Positions 20,055 to 30,811 of a stretch of 64,000 bases of DNA are shown one piece after another. A model generated the notes under the pieces. The model worked only from the letters and a program-made list of their open reading frames with translations, did no database searches and had not been told where the DNA came from. The stretch covers positions 1-64,000 of the forward strand of contig JAEHCO010000006.1 in the NCBI GenBank assembly GCA_020697715.1. Direction: 5' to 3'. Position 1 is the stretch's first letter. Every line of letters begins with the position of its first letter. The DNA is from Methanobacteriota archaeon. GTDB taxonomy: Archaea; Thermoplasmatota; Thermoplasmata; SG8-5; JAGLSY01. The position numbers were made by a program, and so were the translations under genes.

Positions 20055-21251
20055 ATGGTGATCAAAGAAGATTTTCTTTCAGGATCTGTTCGCGACCCTA
20101 GAGTGGACAAGGCCGCTATTAGTCTTAAAAAAGCAGGTTATGATGTGCATATAATTATTCGTAATGCTGCTCCAGATGTAGAAAGAATTCGAAGTTATGG
20201 CAATATTCCTGTTATCGTAGGACGCCTACCTCCAAAATTATTGATCCCAAAATCCTCTATTTCAAGGAAGATTGCTAAAAAAGCAAAGTTGTTTCTTTGC
20301 GCAAAAGAGATCATTGATATCAACCCAGATATAATTCATATTCATGAAGAGAACATACTACATATTGGAGTACTGGCTAAACTATTATCTGGAAAGCCAT
20401 TGGTCTATGATGCTCATGAAGATTATGTAAGATACATCATCGGAAGAATGAATATTGATCTCAAGGAAAATCGTAGCTTAAGAAAAGTTCTCCATTATAA
20501 AATACAAATTCTTCGCAGATCATTCACCGAAGCTTTCTTTATTAAGCATTTTGTAGACCATGTAATTACTGTGAACTCATTTTTGGAGAATAAATATTCT
20601 AAATGGGCACCGACCTCGATAGTCATGAATTCCAGGAGTATCAATGACTTGCCCAAATCCTCATCAAATGACATTCTGGATCAGTTTGATATAGCAAAAG
20701 AGCAATTCAAGGTTATCTTTGTAACGAAATATTATAATAATTGGGGATTTGAAACAGTTTTTGAAGCCTCTAAATTACTTCCAGAAGGATATCAAATAAT
20801 CGTGGTTTGTCCATTGAGAGATGAACTTAAGTCATTGATAAAGGAATATGAGCCAATGCCAAATGTCATTTTTACGGATGCTGTTTCTAAGGAAGGTGTC
20901 ATGGAACTAATTGCTAACTCCGATGTTGGAATAATTCCATTACCGTATGACCCAAATACCTTCATTAGTACCCCAAATAAAATATTTGAATATATGCTGG
21001 GCGGCATCCCAATAATTTCATCTAATTTCCCAGAGATAGAGAAGATCATCAAGAATGATAATTGCGGTTTATTGATCAAGCCAGAAGATCCTGAAGAATT
21101 GGCGAAAGCTATCATTTATTTGAAGAATAATGAAGAAAAAAGAATTAACATGGGCAATAATGGTAAAAAGGCCAACCGGGAAAAATATAACTGGGAGATT
21201 CAGGAAAGAAGATTGCTCGGAGTGTATGATAAATTATTGAAGAATAATTAA
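20055..21251 (+). CDS. Glycosyltransferase family 4
   Basis: DPRV, YDAHE, PNKIFEYMLGGIPII. Confidence 0.9.
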   Translation: MVIKEDFLSGSVRDPRVDKAAISLKKAGYDVHIIIRNAAPDVERIRSYGNIPVIVGRLPPKLLIPKSSISRKIAKKAKLFLCAKEIIDINPDIIHIHEENILHIGVLAKLLSGKPLVYDAHEDYVRYIIGRMNIDLKENRSLRKVLHYKIQILRRSFTEAFFIKHFVDHVITVNSFLENKYSKWAPTSIVMNSRSINDLPKSSSNDILDQFDIAKEQFKVIFVTKYYNNWGFETVFEASKLLPEGYQIIVVCPLRDELKSLIKEYEPMPNVIFTDAVSKEGVMELIANSDVGIIPLPYDPNTFISTPNKIFEYMLGGIPIISSNFPEIEKIIKNDNCGLLIKPEDPEELAKAIIYLKNNEEKRINMGNNGKKANREKYNWEIQERRLLGVYDKLLKNN

Positions 21252-21279
21252 TTATAGTGATTATATTATCCGATAATAG

Positions 21280-22467
21280 ATGAAAGTATGTATAATTGGA
21301 AATATTGAAAGTATTCATATCCAAAGATGGTGCCAATACTTTTCAAACAAAGACCATGAAGTTCATCTAATTTATTTTACAGAATCACAAGGAAAGAAAG
21401 ATGTATTATCCATTTTCCCAAATGCTGATAATTCCAATATAATGTTTCATCATATGAAGACAATCACGTTTAATGATAGGCCAATAAAGCCTTTTTTTAA
21501 TTTTTTTAATATGCTAAGTAATGATCATTTAAGAATACGAATTCATAAAGTATATTTAGATAAGATAATAGATAATATCAAGCCAGATATAATACATGGC
21601 CATTATCTTGAAAGATATGGATATTGGGCCACCAAAAGTGGAGTACGTCCTCTTGTTCTAACTGCATGGGGCAGTGATATTATTTTTGCCGAATCTAAAA
21701 CTCAACTTAAAAATCTAAAATATATGTTCAATAAAACAGACCTGATCCACACAGGAGATACAGAAGGAAGGATGAGATTGATTGAATTTGGCTGTGATCC
21801 AGATAAGATATTCATACAGCCATGGGGTATAAATACAAATAGATTCAAACCATCTGCGAAAGAGGATGAATTACGAAAGAAAATAATAGATGATGAAGAT
21901 GGCTGTATCATAACCATAGTTCGTTCTTTGAAAGAAGTTTATGATATTCCTACTCTGATTAAAGCAGCATCTGTTATTGTCAAAAAAGGAAGTGATGTGA
22001 AATTTTTAGTTATCGGTGAAGGTAAAGAGAAAGAAAATCTAAAAATGATGGCTAAAGAATTGAGCATAAGTGATAATATCATTTTCAAGGGAGCGATCCC
22101 TAATGATCAATTACACACTTATCTTGCAAGTAGTGATATTTATGTAGATACCCCACACCCTACAAAAGGTGGGGGCGGAATTGGAGTTGCTTTAATGGAA
22201 GCTATGAGCTCCGGATTGCCTTGTGTCGTGGCCAAGAGACCAGGGGCAGAATCTGGTGTCTTAGATGGTGAGAATGGATATGTTTTTGAAGGCGGTAACT
22301 ATGAAGAATTAGCTGAAAAGTTACTTACACTTATAGAAAATAATGATGCAAGAATCGAATTTGGTGAAAAAGGTAGAGCTATTGCCCTTGAAATTGGAGA
22401 TTGGGATAAGAATATGAAAATATTTGAGGATAAATACCTCAAGTTGATAGAAAAACTCAATGCCTGA
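21280..22467 (+). CDS. Glycosyltransferase family 4
   Basis: SIHIQRW, WGSD, ALMEAMSSGLP. Confidence 0.9.
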   Translation: MKVCIIGNIESIHIQRWCQYFSNKDHEVHLIYFTESQGKKDVLSIFPNADNSNIMFHHMKTITFNDRPIKPFFNFFNMLSNDHLRIRIHKVYLDKIIDNIKPDIIHGHYLERYGYWATKSGVRPLVLTAWGSDIIFAESKTQLKNLKYMFNKTDLIHTGDTEGRMRLIEFGCDPDKIFIQPWGINTNRFKPSAKEDELRKKIIDDEDGCIITIVRSLKEVYDIPTLIKAASVIVKKGSDVKFLVIGEGKEKENLKMMAKELSISDNIIFKGAIPNDQLHTYLASSDIYVDTPHPTKGGGGIGVALMEAMSSGLPCVVAKRPGAESGVLDGENGYVFEGGNYEELAEKLLTLIENNDARIEFGEKGRAIALEIGDWDKNMKIFEDKYLKLIEKLNA

Positions 22468-22523
22468 TTGTCTGAGAATTATAGATAAACCTAATTATTC
22501 ATCTTTATTAGTTTAGGTTATAC

Positions 22524-22604
22524 ATGAATGACAAGATTCCTTTGTTAAAGCCATACTTTGATTCAGAAGAACTTGATGAAATTATAATGTTAATGAAGAG
22601 GTAA
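22524..22604 (+). pseudogene. Remnant 5' end of a DegT/DnrJ-type sugar aminotransferase
   Basis: Translates MNDKIPLLKPYFDSEELDEII, then stops after 26 codons; resembles the typical IPxxKPxFxxEE start of this family. Confidence 0.55.
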
Positions 22605-22704
22605 GGCTTCGTCTTTGGCTATAGATTATTCTTTTGTTGAAATATGCATAGGCACTATTTTTATATAAGAGAGGCAATAAATATGAGGTTATGAGACATT
22701 AATA

Positions 22705-23775
22705 TTAAGAATATTTTATTTGTTTATTTTTCATCTTCTTTTTATACCATATATTTGGTTGTCCAGTCCAAAAATCACATCCCTTGCAATCGGGAATTTT
22801 GTCCCATTGACCTGATAAATGTAATTCTCTTAAGGTATTTAACTTCGTCCCAAAATAGACTTCACGCAATGGTTTATCTTTTATATTGCCCAGTGATAAT
22901 GAGCCTTTTTCACGAGATGATAAGCCAATACAACATGGATAAATATTACCATTTTTGTCTATTGATATTGTTGTCCATAAATTATAACATGGATATCTTA
23001 TTATCCTATTTTTTTCAATTGTATTTTCTTCAATTTCTAATTCATCAAGATTTATTTCGCCTGACCAATTTACTAAAGGGCGAACATGGATCAAATCATT
23101 TTCTTCAATAAGGGGACTCCAATCTTTTTTGAATTGTTGTACTTCATCTTTAGTCTTAGCAGTCTCTAATATTTGAATGATGAGTCTTGGGTTTTCGACA
23201 CCATTTGATTTTCTTATTTCTAAAAAAGTTTTTATATTTTCAACAACTAAATCAAACTTATCATCCCCCATTAACCATTTGTAGGTCTCAGGTGTTCCTG
23301 AATTTAAACTTATTAATAATCTATCACCAATATTATTTAACAAATTGACTAGTAATAAAGAATTACTTTTATTTAATAAAATTCCGTTCATATCAAAAAT
23401 TATTGGAATGCCTGGGCATTTTTCTTTGGCATATATTATTGCCTCAGATAGATGAGGATAAAACAAGGGGTCGCCAAGACCCACAGGAGTCAATGTGGCA
23501 GATTTATTCAAATTATTAGAAATATCGTCTATTATTTTTTTATATAACTCAATATCGATATCACCAATGTCAAGATCTTTCATATTTGGACGAGGGCACA
23601 TCCGACAAGTTAGATTACATTTATTTGTAAGTTCAATAATTATTGCGTAAGGGAAATCCTTTAGTATTTGATTTCTTAACATCATGAATCTCTCTTTTTT
23701 TATTTTTTCTCTATATAAAGACGTAGAGGAAATTTTTTGTTTAACTGGCTTAGGTATTAGATTTTTCAAACTCAT
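22705..23775 (-). CDS. Radical SAM protein with SPASM/twitch domain
   Basis: CNLTCRMC; C-terminal YPC..LW, GNIYPCC, LGNI, CKGC. Confidence 0.92.
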   Translation of the reverse strand: MSLKNLIPKPVKQKISSTSLYREKIKKERFMMLRNQILKDFPYAIIIELTNKCNLTCRMCPRPNMKDLDIGDIDIELYKKIIDDISNNLNKSATLTPVGLGDPLFYPHLSEAIIYAKEKCPGIPIIFDMNGILLNKSNSLLLVNLLNNIGDRLLISLNSGTPETYKWLMGDDKFDLVVENIKTFLEIRKSNGVENPRLIIQILETAKTKDEVQQFKKDWSPLIEENDLIHVRPLVNWSGEINLDELEIEENTIEKNRIIRYPCYNLWTTISIDKNGNIYPCCIGLSSREKGSLSLGNIKDKPLREVYFGTKLNTLRELHLSGQWDKIPDCKGCDFWTGQPNIWYKKKMKNKQIKYS

Positions 23776-23866
23776 TAAAATTCAATATGTATTTAGACTA
23801 TTTGAAATTATCCTCTTAATAAAACAATTATGAGTTTCTTACTTGTGGTTAATATGAAGTATTTGT

Positions 23867-25378
23867 CTATGGCTTTAATTTGTTAAGAAATTTTTTAACA
23901 TCATTTTTTTCAGAATTATCTAGGCTAAATGTGAAAAATAATCCAAAATAAATGCAAACTCCAATAAGCCCTTCAATTCCCAGGGATATAATATTAGTTG
24001 GTGGAAGGAAATTAAGCAGGAAAAACATACTAATGCCCATAATTGCGGCAGGAATATAGGTAGTTATAACCACTGCCATGAAATATTTTCGGAGATTGAA
24101 TCCTAGGTGTTTAATCACATATGAAGCAACAAATGGGGAGCTTACAACCCATGGAATGGCAGTACCCAAAACAACACCAGTTACACCATAATATTGTACA
24201 AGTATCAAACTCAAGATGAGATTGGAAACAGTGACGAAAACCAGCGGTATCAAAATCAACTTATATTTTTCCTGTGCAAACAGAATCTTTCCACTAATTC
24301 CGCCATAAGATGTGAAGAATGTGTAAAATATAAATATCCTGGTTGGGAAAACCATATCCAAAAATTTATCACCCATCCAGAAATGAATTATTGGCTCAGC
24401 AAATACAAAAATCAAAGTCCCAGTTAATAATGCTATAGCACATGTGTATTTAGAACCCCTAATTAACAGACGTTCCAACTCCTCTTTTTTATTCATAGTA
24501 TCTAGTTCGGTAGCAGCTGGAAGAAGTGCACTTTGAGGAAGTAAAGTAGCAGTGCTGACAAGATCAAATAATTTTCTAGCAACTGCGTAAGATGTTATAG
24601 CCCCTACTGAAACATAAAAGCCTACTAAAATCCTGTCCAAACCTAACATTAGAATTCCCATTATTTGGCTGATAAAAATTACAGAGCTGAAAGTGAATAT
24701 TTTCTTCAATGTGGAAAAACCCATATATTTGAATCTTAAATCCAGATAGGGTAAAAGACGTTGAACAGGAATAACCAGGGCAATCTGACCAATTGCACCT
24801 ATTACTATTCCCCAGAATATTATCTCTGTTATTCCATAACCACTGATTAAGATCAATACTGTGGCAATTGCATTTATAATACTAATAATAAAAACCCTGA
24901 CTGCATTTATGTCATGTCTCTGCATACCAGATAGTACCGTGGCGAAGCTACGCATGGGCCATGATGTTAAAGCACCAATAGCAACAAGGTAAGCGATTAA
25001 GCGAGCTTTATCACCTTGGCTTTGATCTATGTTAAATATATCAACGAAAAAAGTTCCAATGATCATTATGGATATGAATATCACAATGCCCACACATAGA
25101 TAGAATATGAAAGTGGAATTCACCATTTTATTAATGGTTTCTTTATCATCCTTAGCATTGAATTCTGCTACGTATTTAACCAGAGCGCTTCCAACTCCGA
25201 AATCCAGCAAGCCAAAGTATCCAATAAATGCCCCGACAAGGAGGTAAACCCCATAATCTTCAACACCGACATAGCTGACGATAAATGGGAACAATAAAAA
25301 CCCAATAATATATTGTGAAAATTTCAATAGAGTATTGGCAATAGTGTTTTTAATAATCTTTTTCTTGACACTTGCCAT
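23867..25378 (-). CDS. wzx: Oligosaccharide flippase (Wzx/MOP family)
   Basis: Many TM segments, YGVY, LLDFGV, DRILVG; likely start ATG 25378. Confidence 0.88.
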   Translation of the reverse strand: MASVKKKIIKNTIANTLLKFSQYIIGFLLFPFIVSYVGVEDYGVYLLVGAFIGYFGLLDFGVGSALVKYVAEFNAKDDKETINKMVNSTFIFYLCVGIVIFISIMIIGTFFVDIFNIDQSQGDKARLIAYLVAIGALTSWPMRSFATVLSGMQRHDINAVRVFIISIINAIATVLILISGYGITEIIFWGIVIGAIGQIALVIPVQRLLPYLDLRFKYMGFSTLKKIFTFSSVIFISQIMGILMLGLDRILVGFYVSVGAITSYAVARKLFDLVSTATLLPQSALLPAATELDTMNKKEELERLLIRGSKYTCAIALLTGTLIFVFAEPIIHFWMGDKFLDMVFPTRIFIFYTFFTSYGGISGKILFAQEKYKLILIPLVFVTVSNLILSLILVQYYGVTGVVLGTAIPWVVSSPFVASYVIKHLGFNLRKYFMAVVITTYIPAAIMGISMFFLLNFLPPTNIISLGIEGLIGVCIYFGLFFTFSLDNSEKNDVKKFLNKLKP

Positions 25379-25553
25379 ACAAGTATGTTGAGATTTAGCT
25401 TGATATAAATAAGTTTCCATTTCAAATATATAAAATGTATTGCCAGATAAAGAAGAAAAAACGAAAGGTTTAAGTGCGATTGTATATATGTGTATTTAAC
25501 TTGGATGACTAGGTGGAGTTTAGTCAACTAAATATAAAGGAGTGAGGAAAAAT

Positions 25554-26507
25554 ATGAAGAAAATAATACCATTTGTATTATGCTTGGCACTTGTGGCAAC
25601 ATGTGGAGGAGTAATTGCAACAGATTCATTGCCTACGGAGATCAATGGCACAGGAACTGTAACAATATCCAATGTGGCTCCAAGCCTTACAAGCATAGCG
25701 ATAAATGATGGAGCATGGATAAACTACATAGATGTAGCAACAGAGTATGATTTCTACGTCAATGTGACAGACACAAATGCCATAAATGACATCAAAGAGA
25801 TCACCTTGGAAGCATGGATGGTGTCCCACGAGGCAGATGACGACCCGACATACAGGTACAAATTCACATACACAGAAACAACAACTGGTGATGGAGTACT
25901 TGCAGGAAACTGGGTTCAGAATTTCCCAACAACAGAGAACTACCTGGATGTCACAACTGCAAGCACATTACCTGGTGACCCAGCATTAACCACTGGAAGC
26001 TATATGTTCAGCTTGACATTGAATAAAACTGCAAAGGCAGGAAGCTGGAGATACAATGCGACAGTTACTGATGAGAGCGGTGCCAAATCCACAATAGGAT
26101 ATGAGGCATTTGGAGTCTACAAGTATGTGGAAATGACATACGATACCGGCGCAGGAAATGATTTCGCATGGACATCTTCAGCAGGTCAGAATGATGTTTT
26201 AGCGACCTTTGATACAACTGTTACATCAAACACAGTATACACATTAGCTGCAGCCTATGAGGACAGTTTCTATGGTGATGACCCAGCAACCACATGGTGG
26301 GGAAGTGAACCGTCATTAGAAATTCAAACGTCTAGTCAGTCCAAGGTTACAGTGACCAACTACACTGTATCATTTGCAGATTGGACGATCAACGCGCTAC
26401 CAGTATACGACCAGACCCTGACACACAATCTCTATCTGGATGTACCTATTGGATTGCCATCGGCGACCTACACTGGTGTGACGATCTACATACGTGCTTC
26501 AGTATAA
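25554..26507 (+). CDS. Secreted beta-rich (Ig-like) protein without a membrane anchor
   Basis: Signal peptide MKKIIPFVLCLALVATCGGVIA, Thr-rich, several NxT/S sequons, ends VPIGLPSATYTGVTIYIRASV. Confidence 0.8.
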   Translation: MKKIIPFVLCLALVATCGGVIATDSLPTEINGTGTVTISNVAPSLTSIAINDGAWINYIDVATEYDFYVNVTDTNAINDIKEITLEAWMVSHEADDDPTYRYKFTYTETTTGDGVLAGNWVQNFPTTENYLDVTTASTLPGDPALTTGSYMFSLTLNKTAKAGSWRYNATVTDESGAKSTIGYEAFGVYKYVEMTYDTGAGNDFAWTSSAGQNDVLATFDTTVTSNTVYTLAAAYEDSFYGDDPATTWWGSEPSLEIQTSSQSKVTVTNYTVSFADWTINALPVYDQTLTHNLYLDVPIGLPSATYTGVTIYIRASV

Positions 26508-26520
26508 GCATAAAATGCAT

Positions 26521-26560
26521 ACGTGCCTCTTAACGGAGGCACGTCCCTTTTACTTTTTTT
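26521..26560 (+). terminator. Hairpin plus T-tract terminator
   Basis: acgtgcctc/gaggcacgt 9-bp stem followed by cccttttacttttttt. Confidence 0.7.
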
Positions 26561-26612
26561 ATTTACTAAATAAGAAATATACATATATATGATAAATGGG
26601 TTAAGTGGTCTG

Positions 26613-28484
26613 ATGCGTGGCAAAATAATATTGATCGCAATACTGCTCCTTACATCGATACTGATAGTCCCAGCAAACACAAGTGCTAACTATCCATTGG
26701 GGATATCAGGAGCATCGGGCTTTGTTGTTCCACCTTTCCAATCAGAACTGCTTAATGATACAACAACTTACTTCAGATTGTATCTGGCAGACACTGCCCA
26801 GTCATCTTTGGATATAGAGGTGGATGTAGAAGGAGATATTGCACAATACATTACTTTCCCTGGTTATGATGGGGAACTGCCCACCTTCACGATCTATCCT
26901 GGAGATAATTTGAAGATTCCATATATGATCGATTTTCCTGCTTCATTGCCTGGAAAGTATCCCGGGACGATCCTAGCAATAGGCAGCCCACCGCCATCAC
27001 AGATCACTGGAACAGGTGCTATAGGCAAGCCAGTTTTGTCCGTCGATATTATTGTTGATGTTCCAACAGATGTTCAGGTCTATAATTTCGCTGTGACAAA
27101 TCCGAATGGATTTGTAGATCAGGATTGGAGCAATTGGGGAACTGGATGGGGTACAAGCTTCGATGTTATCAATGGAGCTAATAAGACCTTCAATGGCTAT
27201 TGCAATGTGACACTCAGCGATATTGATGGGGTAATTGAATATGATAATTACAGCATTATCAATCTTACCGCATTGACAGGAACTGATCCACATACAGTAT
27301 CTTGGCAGACTGATCTCCCTCTGGGAGAGACATACATGATTAGTGCGAAGGTCTACTCTTCGGACAATGTTGCTTTCGATGAAGAATTTGGATCAATAGT
27401 CATTCCATCTCCAGCAAAGATCAGCGATGTTTATCGGCAGCCAGACATTGTGTTTGGAGATGATGTTGTCACGGTCTATGCCGTACTTGCAAGCTCAGAT
27501 TCGACAGTGACATTACATTGGCAACCAGTCGGTGGCTCTGAAACAACAGTACCCATGACCTTTTCCGCCACACTAGGAGAAGATGGAGAGTTCATAGGCA
27601 ATATACCAGCCCAGCCAATAGATACGACCATCAATTACTGGGTTACCTCAGACAATGATGCATTTTCATATCGGTCACCAGGAGCGGGCTCTTATTCTTA
27701 TTATGTATTTTCACCAAATATTCCAGACCTGGTAATGGATGAGAATAGCATATCTTTCTCTCCCATAGATCCCACTGCAACCATTATGAATGAGTCTGAA
27801 GCCGGAACTAATATCATCATAACTGTAAGAAATACTGGCCCGGGAGATGCAGCCAATATTTTAGTTAGAGTGTATGACTTGGAAGTAATGGTATTCGAGC
27901 ATACGATACCAAGCTTAGCCGGGGAAGGCAATTCAGACACTGTGAACTTCAACTGGGCTCCAACTCAGGGTGAACATAATCTGAGGTTCGATGTTGATCC
28001 AGATAATACGATCTTTGAATTAAATGAGAACAATAATGATTATTCCATATCTGTCACCATACACGAGGCTCCTCCTGTAGTGGAGGATGAAGCAGATGAC
28101 CCTCTGGCAGACGATCTTGCATTCATATCCATTCCATTAATAATCCTTCTAGTTATCTTCTTATTATTATTCCTCATGAAGAAGGGAAAGAAGATCAATG
28201 TCATGGTGTACAAGGCTAGACCATCCAGGTCAGATAAAGAAGGGAAGATGAGATGGATCTACAACTGCGGCTACGGTGATGAGATCAGACTGGGAAACAC
28301 AAACCCAACAACTGTGAAAGCCACCAAAGGCGATATTATTCAAGTAGAGGTCAAAGGCCTCTCACAAAGAGATGACGGCCGAATCGTGTGGCAGAGTGCG
28401 AATGCCACCAAGCTGCAGCCGAAGTTGGACAAGGCAGATGACCCGGACAAGATCAGGAAGATGATCGCGAAAAAGAAGAAGTAA
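26613..28484 (+). CDS. Membrane-anchored surface protein with Ig-like and CARDB domains and a basic cytoplasmic domain
   Basis: Signal peptide, CARDB motif (PDL..TVRNTG..VDPDNTIFELNENNN), TM ISIPLIILLVIFLLLFLM, ~100-aa Lys/Arg-rich tail. Confidence 0.82.
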   Translation: MRGKIILIAILLLTSILIVPANTSANYPLGISGASGFVVPPFQSELLNDTTTYFRLYLADTAQSSLDIEVDVEGDIAQYITFPGYDGELPTFTIYPGDNLKIPYMIDFPASLPGKYPGTILAIGSPPPSQITGTGAIGKPVLSVDIIVDVPTDVQVYNFAVTNPNGFVDQDWSNWGTGWGTSFDVINGANKTFNGYCNVTLSDIDGVIEYDNYSIINLTALTGTDPHTVSWQTDLPLGETYMISAKVYSSDNVAFDEEFGSIVIPSPAKISDVYRQPDIVFGDDVVTVYAVLASSDSTVTLHWQPVGGSETTVPMTFSATLGEDGEFIGNIPAQPIDTTINYWVTSDNDAFSYRSPGAGSYSYYVFSPNIPDLVMDENSISFSPIDPTATIMNESEAGTNIIITVRNTGPGDAANILVRVYDLEVMVFEHTIPSLAGEGNSDTVNFNWAPTQGEHNLRFDVDPDNTIFELNENNNDYSISVTIHEAPPVVEDEADDPLADDLAFISIPLIILLVIFLLLFLMKKGKKINVMVYKARPSRSDKEGKMRWIYNCGYGDEIRLGNTNPTTVKATKGDIIQVEVKGLSQRDDGRIVWQSANATKLQPKLDKADDPDKIRKMIAKKKK

Positions 28485-28581
28485 GGACTCACACCCATAA
28501 GGGGTCCATATCTCATCCACATCCTGGATAGTTTAATAAACAACCTCTTTATTCTATAAGCCAACATCATGGTGAAGGAAC

Positions 28582-29529
28582 ATGAATGCCATTGACACTG
28601 TATTGACGATATATCTCATCATCGCTTTCCTTGTGGGTATAAAGATATTTACAAAGAAGAAGCTCACATTCACAAGCCTCTACAATATGGCATGCAGGTA
28701 CCAGTATCATTTCTACATCCTGTTCACCATAATGATCATAAGGGTCTTTGTGGACTGGGCGGAGGATCCCATCGAATTGATACTGAATATAGATTTCACA
28801 CCGTTGATATATGATCTGGAAGGCCACAGGGTGTATTATATCCAGAAGGCACTGCTCAATGATAATTTTACAACGTTCATGGCCCTGATCTATATTGGAT
28901 CCTTCATGTTCATCATGACCTTTTCCTTCTCCATGTTCGCCTACGTTGACAAATACAAGATCGCTAGTCAACTGGCATTGCTGAACATCGTGCTCCTCCT
29001 CATGGCCATTCCCTTCCAGCTTCTGGTCATTGTCTATGTGCCTTCGTATCCAAAAATGTTTTACCCGGGAGCAACACCAGTGGTCTCTGGGATCGAGCCT
29101 TTACTTTATAATTACAACCCACTGGTCAATGAATGGTTCGTTGGTTATGAGACCTTCAACAATTGCTTCCCATCACTGCATATAGGCTATCCAACGGCTA
29201 TATTGATGATGATGGTGAGGAATGTCAAGGGTTTCAGAGGATACAAGATCTTCATGTTCTCCATGATAATACTCATAGCTATATCGATATTATACCTGGG
29301 CATCCACTGGCTGACGGACATTTTCGGAGGTGTGGGGATAGCTATAGTCGCTGTCATGGTCACAGAGAGATTATCCTATCCCTTCTGGAGAAAGGTTCAC
29401 ATATTTGATAAGAATAGGACATTCAGGCTCGAATTACCTCAAAAGAAAGATCCTGAAGAAGAGACTGTTATCGGATCAGATGAAGAGCAACTGGAATCTG
29501 AAGAAATTTTACAAGATCCAGACCAATAG
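28582..29529 (+). CDS. PAP2-superfamily membrane protein (Aur1/IPC-synthase-like)
   Basis: NCFPSLH and HWLTD catalytic motifs, multiple TMs. Confidence 0.85.
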   Translation: MNAIDTVLTIYLIIAFLVGIKIFTKKKLTFTSLYNMACRYQYHFYILFTIMIIRVFVDWAEDPIELILNIDFTPLIYDLEGHRVYYIQKALLNDNFTTFMALIYIGSFMFIMTFSFSMFAYVDKYKIASQLALLNIVLLLMAIPFQLLVIVYVPSYPKMFYPGATPVVSGIEPLLYNYNPLVNEWFVGYETFNNCFPSLHIGYPTAILMMMVRNVKGFRGYKIFMFSMIILIAISILYLGIHWLTDIFGGVGIAIVAVMVTERLSYPFWRKVHIFDKNRTFRLELPQKKDPEEETVIGSDEEQLESEEILQDPDQ

Positions 29530-29534
29530 ATAAT

Positions 29535-30701
29535 TCAATAAAATTCTTCCATCGCCCTGGAATAAAAGGCCTTGGTTTGGTCAGATATGATCTCCCAATC
29601 GAATTTCTCAACCGCTATCTCACGGCTCTTCCTGCCCATGTCCCGTCTTAGATTATTATCGGACAGCATGATATTGACCTTGTTAGCCAATGCCTTTGGA
29701 TCGGCCTTTTCGAATACCAGGCCATTCTTACCATCCTGAATGACCTCGGGTATCCCACCGGCATTCGAGCCGCAGAGTGGAGTGCCACAAGCTCCGGCTT
29801 CGACAAGAACGAAACCAAAAGTTTCCCAGAGGGATGGCAATACGAAGAGATCGGCAGAAGAGTAAAGTTCTGGCATTCGGGCATCATCTATGAAGCCCGG
29901 AAATATTATATTATTATCAAGTCCCATCTTGGATATCTTCTCCTGAAGTCGTGGGACGAGCTTGCCCTTGCCGACTATCAGAAGGCGGGTGCTCTTATGT
30001 TCCTTCAGGATAGCTGGCATCGCGTCAATGAGATGATCAAGTCCCTTTTGTTGGATAATTCTCCCGACAAATACCAGTAGATTATCAAATCCTTCAGCGT
30101 GTTCCTCCCTGAAGGTCTTTTCCGATGGTTTGTAGAATTCCGTGTCCACGCCATTGTATATGACATCTATCTTGTCGCCATCCAGGCCATATTCCATGAT
30201 ATCCTTTTTCAGAGCATGGCTGACTGAGATTATTCGGTCCACACTTCGCAGAACGTCCTTTCCTCTCAGGCCGTCGTATGTTGTGCCGAAAAGATCGATG
30301 GTCTTGCTGATGCCAACAGGTCTTGCATTATGCAGGGTGAAGACCATTAGCTTTTTCTTTTTCTTGGCATAATCCACAACTGAATTATAACTGCCGAACC
30401 AGCGGCCATGCAGATTGAACACATCGTATTGATTCTCATCGTCCAGCTTGGCTATCCTGGAGATAACGCCTTTTGTAACTGGGAGAGGTGGGGGATAGAT
30501 AACTGGCATCTTGTAATGCTTTGTTGGGAGTCTATGGACATTGATGCCTTCGATGACCTCGAACTCAGAAGTTCCTTCCATCTGAGAGGTGACAACCGAG
30601 ACATCATCCACTCTGGCCAGTCTTTTTCCGATCTCGTACATGTTCTTCTCGGAGCCACCGATGAAAGGATGAAAATAGCCATTGACCATGCATAGCTTCA
30701 T
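29535..30701 (-). CDS. Glycosyltransferase family 4
   Basis: GGSE, FVGRIIQQKG, ETFGFVLVEAGACG. Confidence 0.92.
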   Translation of the reverse strand: MKLCMVNGYFHPFIGGSEKNMYEIGKRLARVDDVSVVTSQMEGTSEFEVIEGINVHRLPTKHYKMPVIYPPPLPVTKGVISRIAKLDDENQYDVFNLHGRWFGSYNSVVDYAKKKKKLMVFTLHNARPVGISKTIDLFGTTYDGLRGKDVLRSVDRIISVSHALKKDIMEYGLDGDKIDVIYNGVDTEFYKPSEKTFREEHAEGFDNLLVFVGRIIQQKGLDHLIDAMPAILKEHKSTRLLIVGKGKLVPRLQEKISKMGLDNNIIFPGFIDDARMPELYSSADLFVLPSLWETFGFVLVEAGACGTPLCGSNAGGIPEVIQDGKNGLVFEKADPKALANKVNIMLSDNNLRRDMGRKSREIAVEKFDWEIISDQTKAFYSRAMEEFY

Positions 30702-30811
30702 AGGATTGTTGAGAATAAGCCAGCCAATATATATTTATCGTAAGATGGGAACGAACATCTAATATATTGTCAAGATCATAATGTATCAATTGTAGCAGAG
30801 GTGGAAGTATC

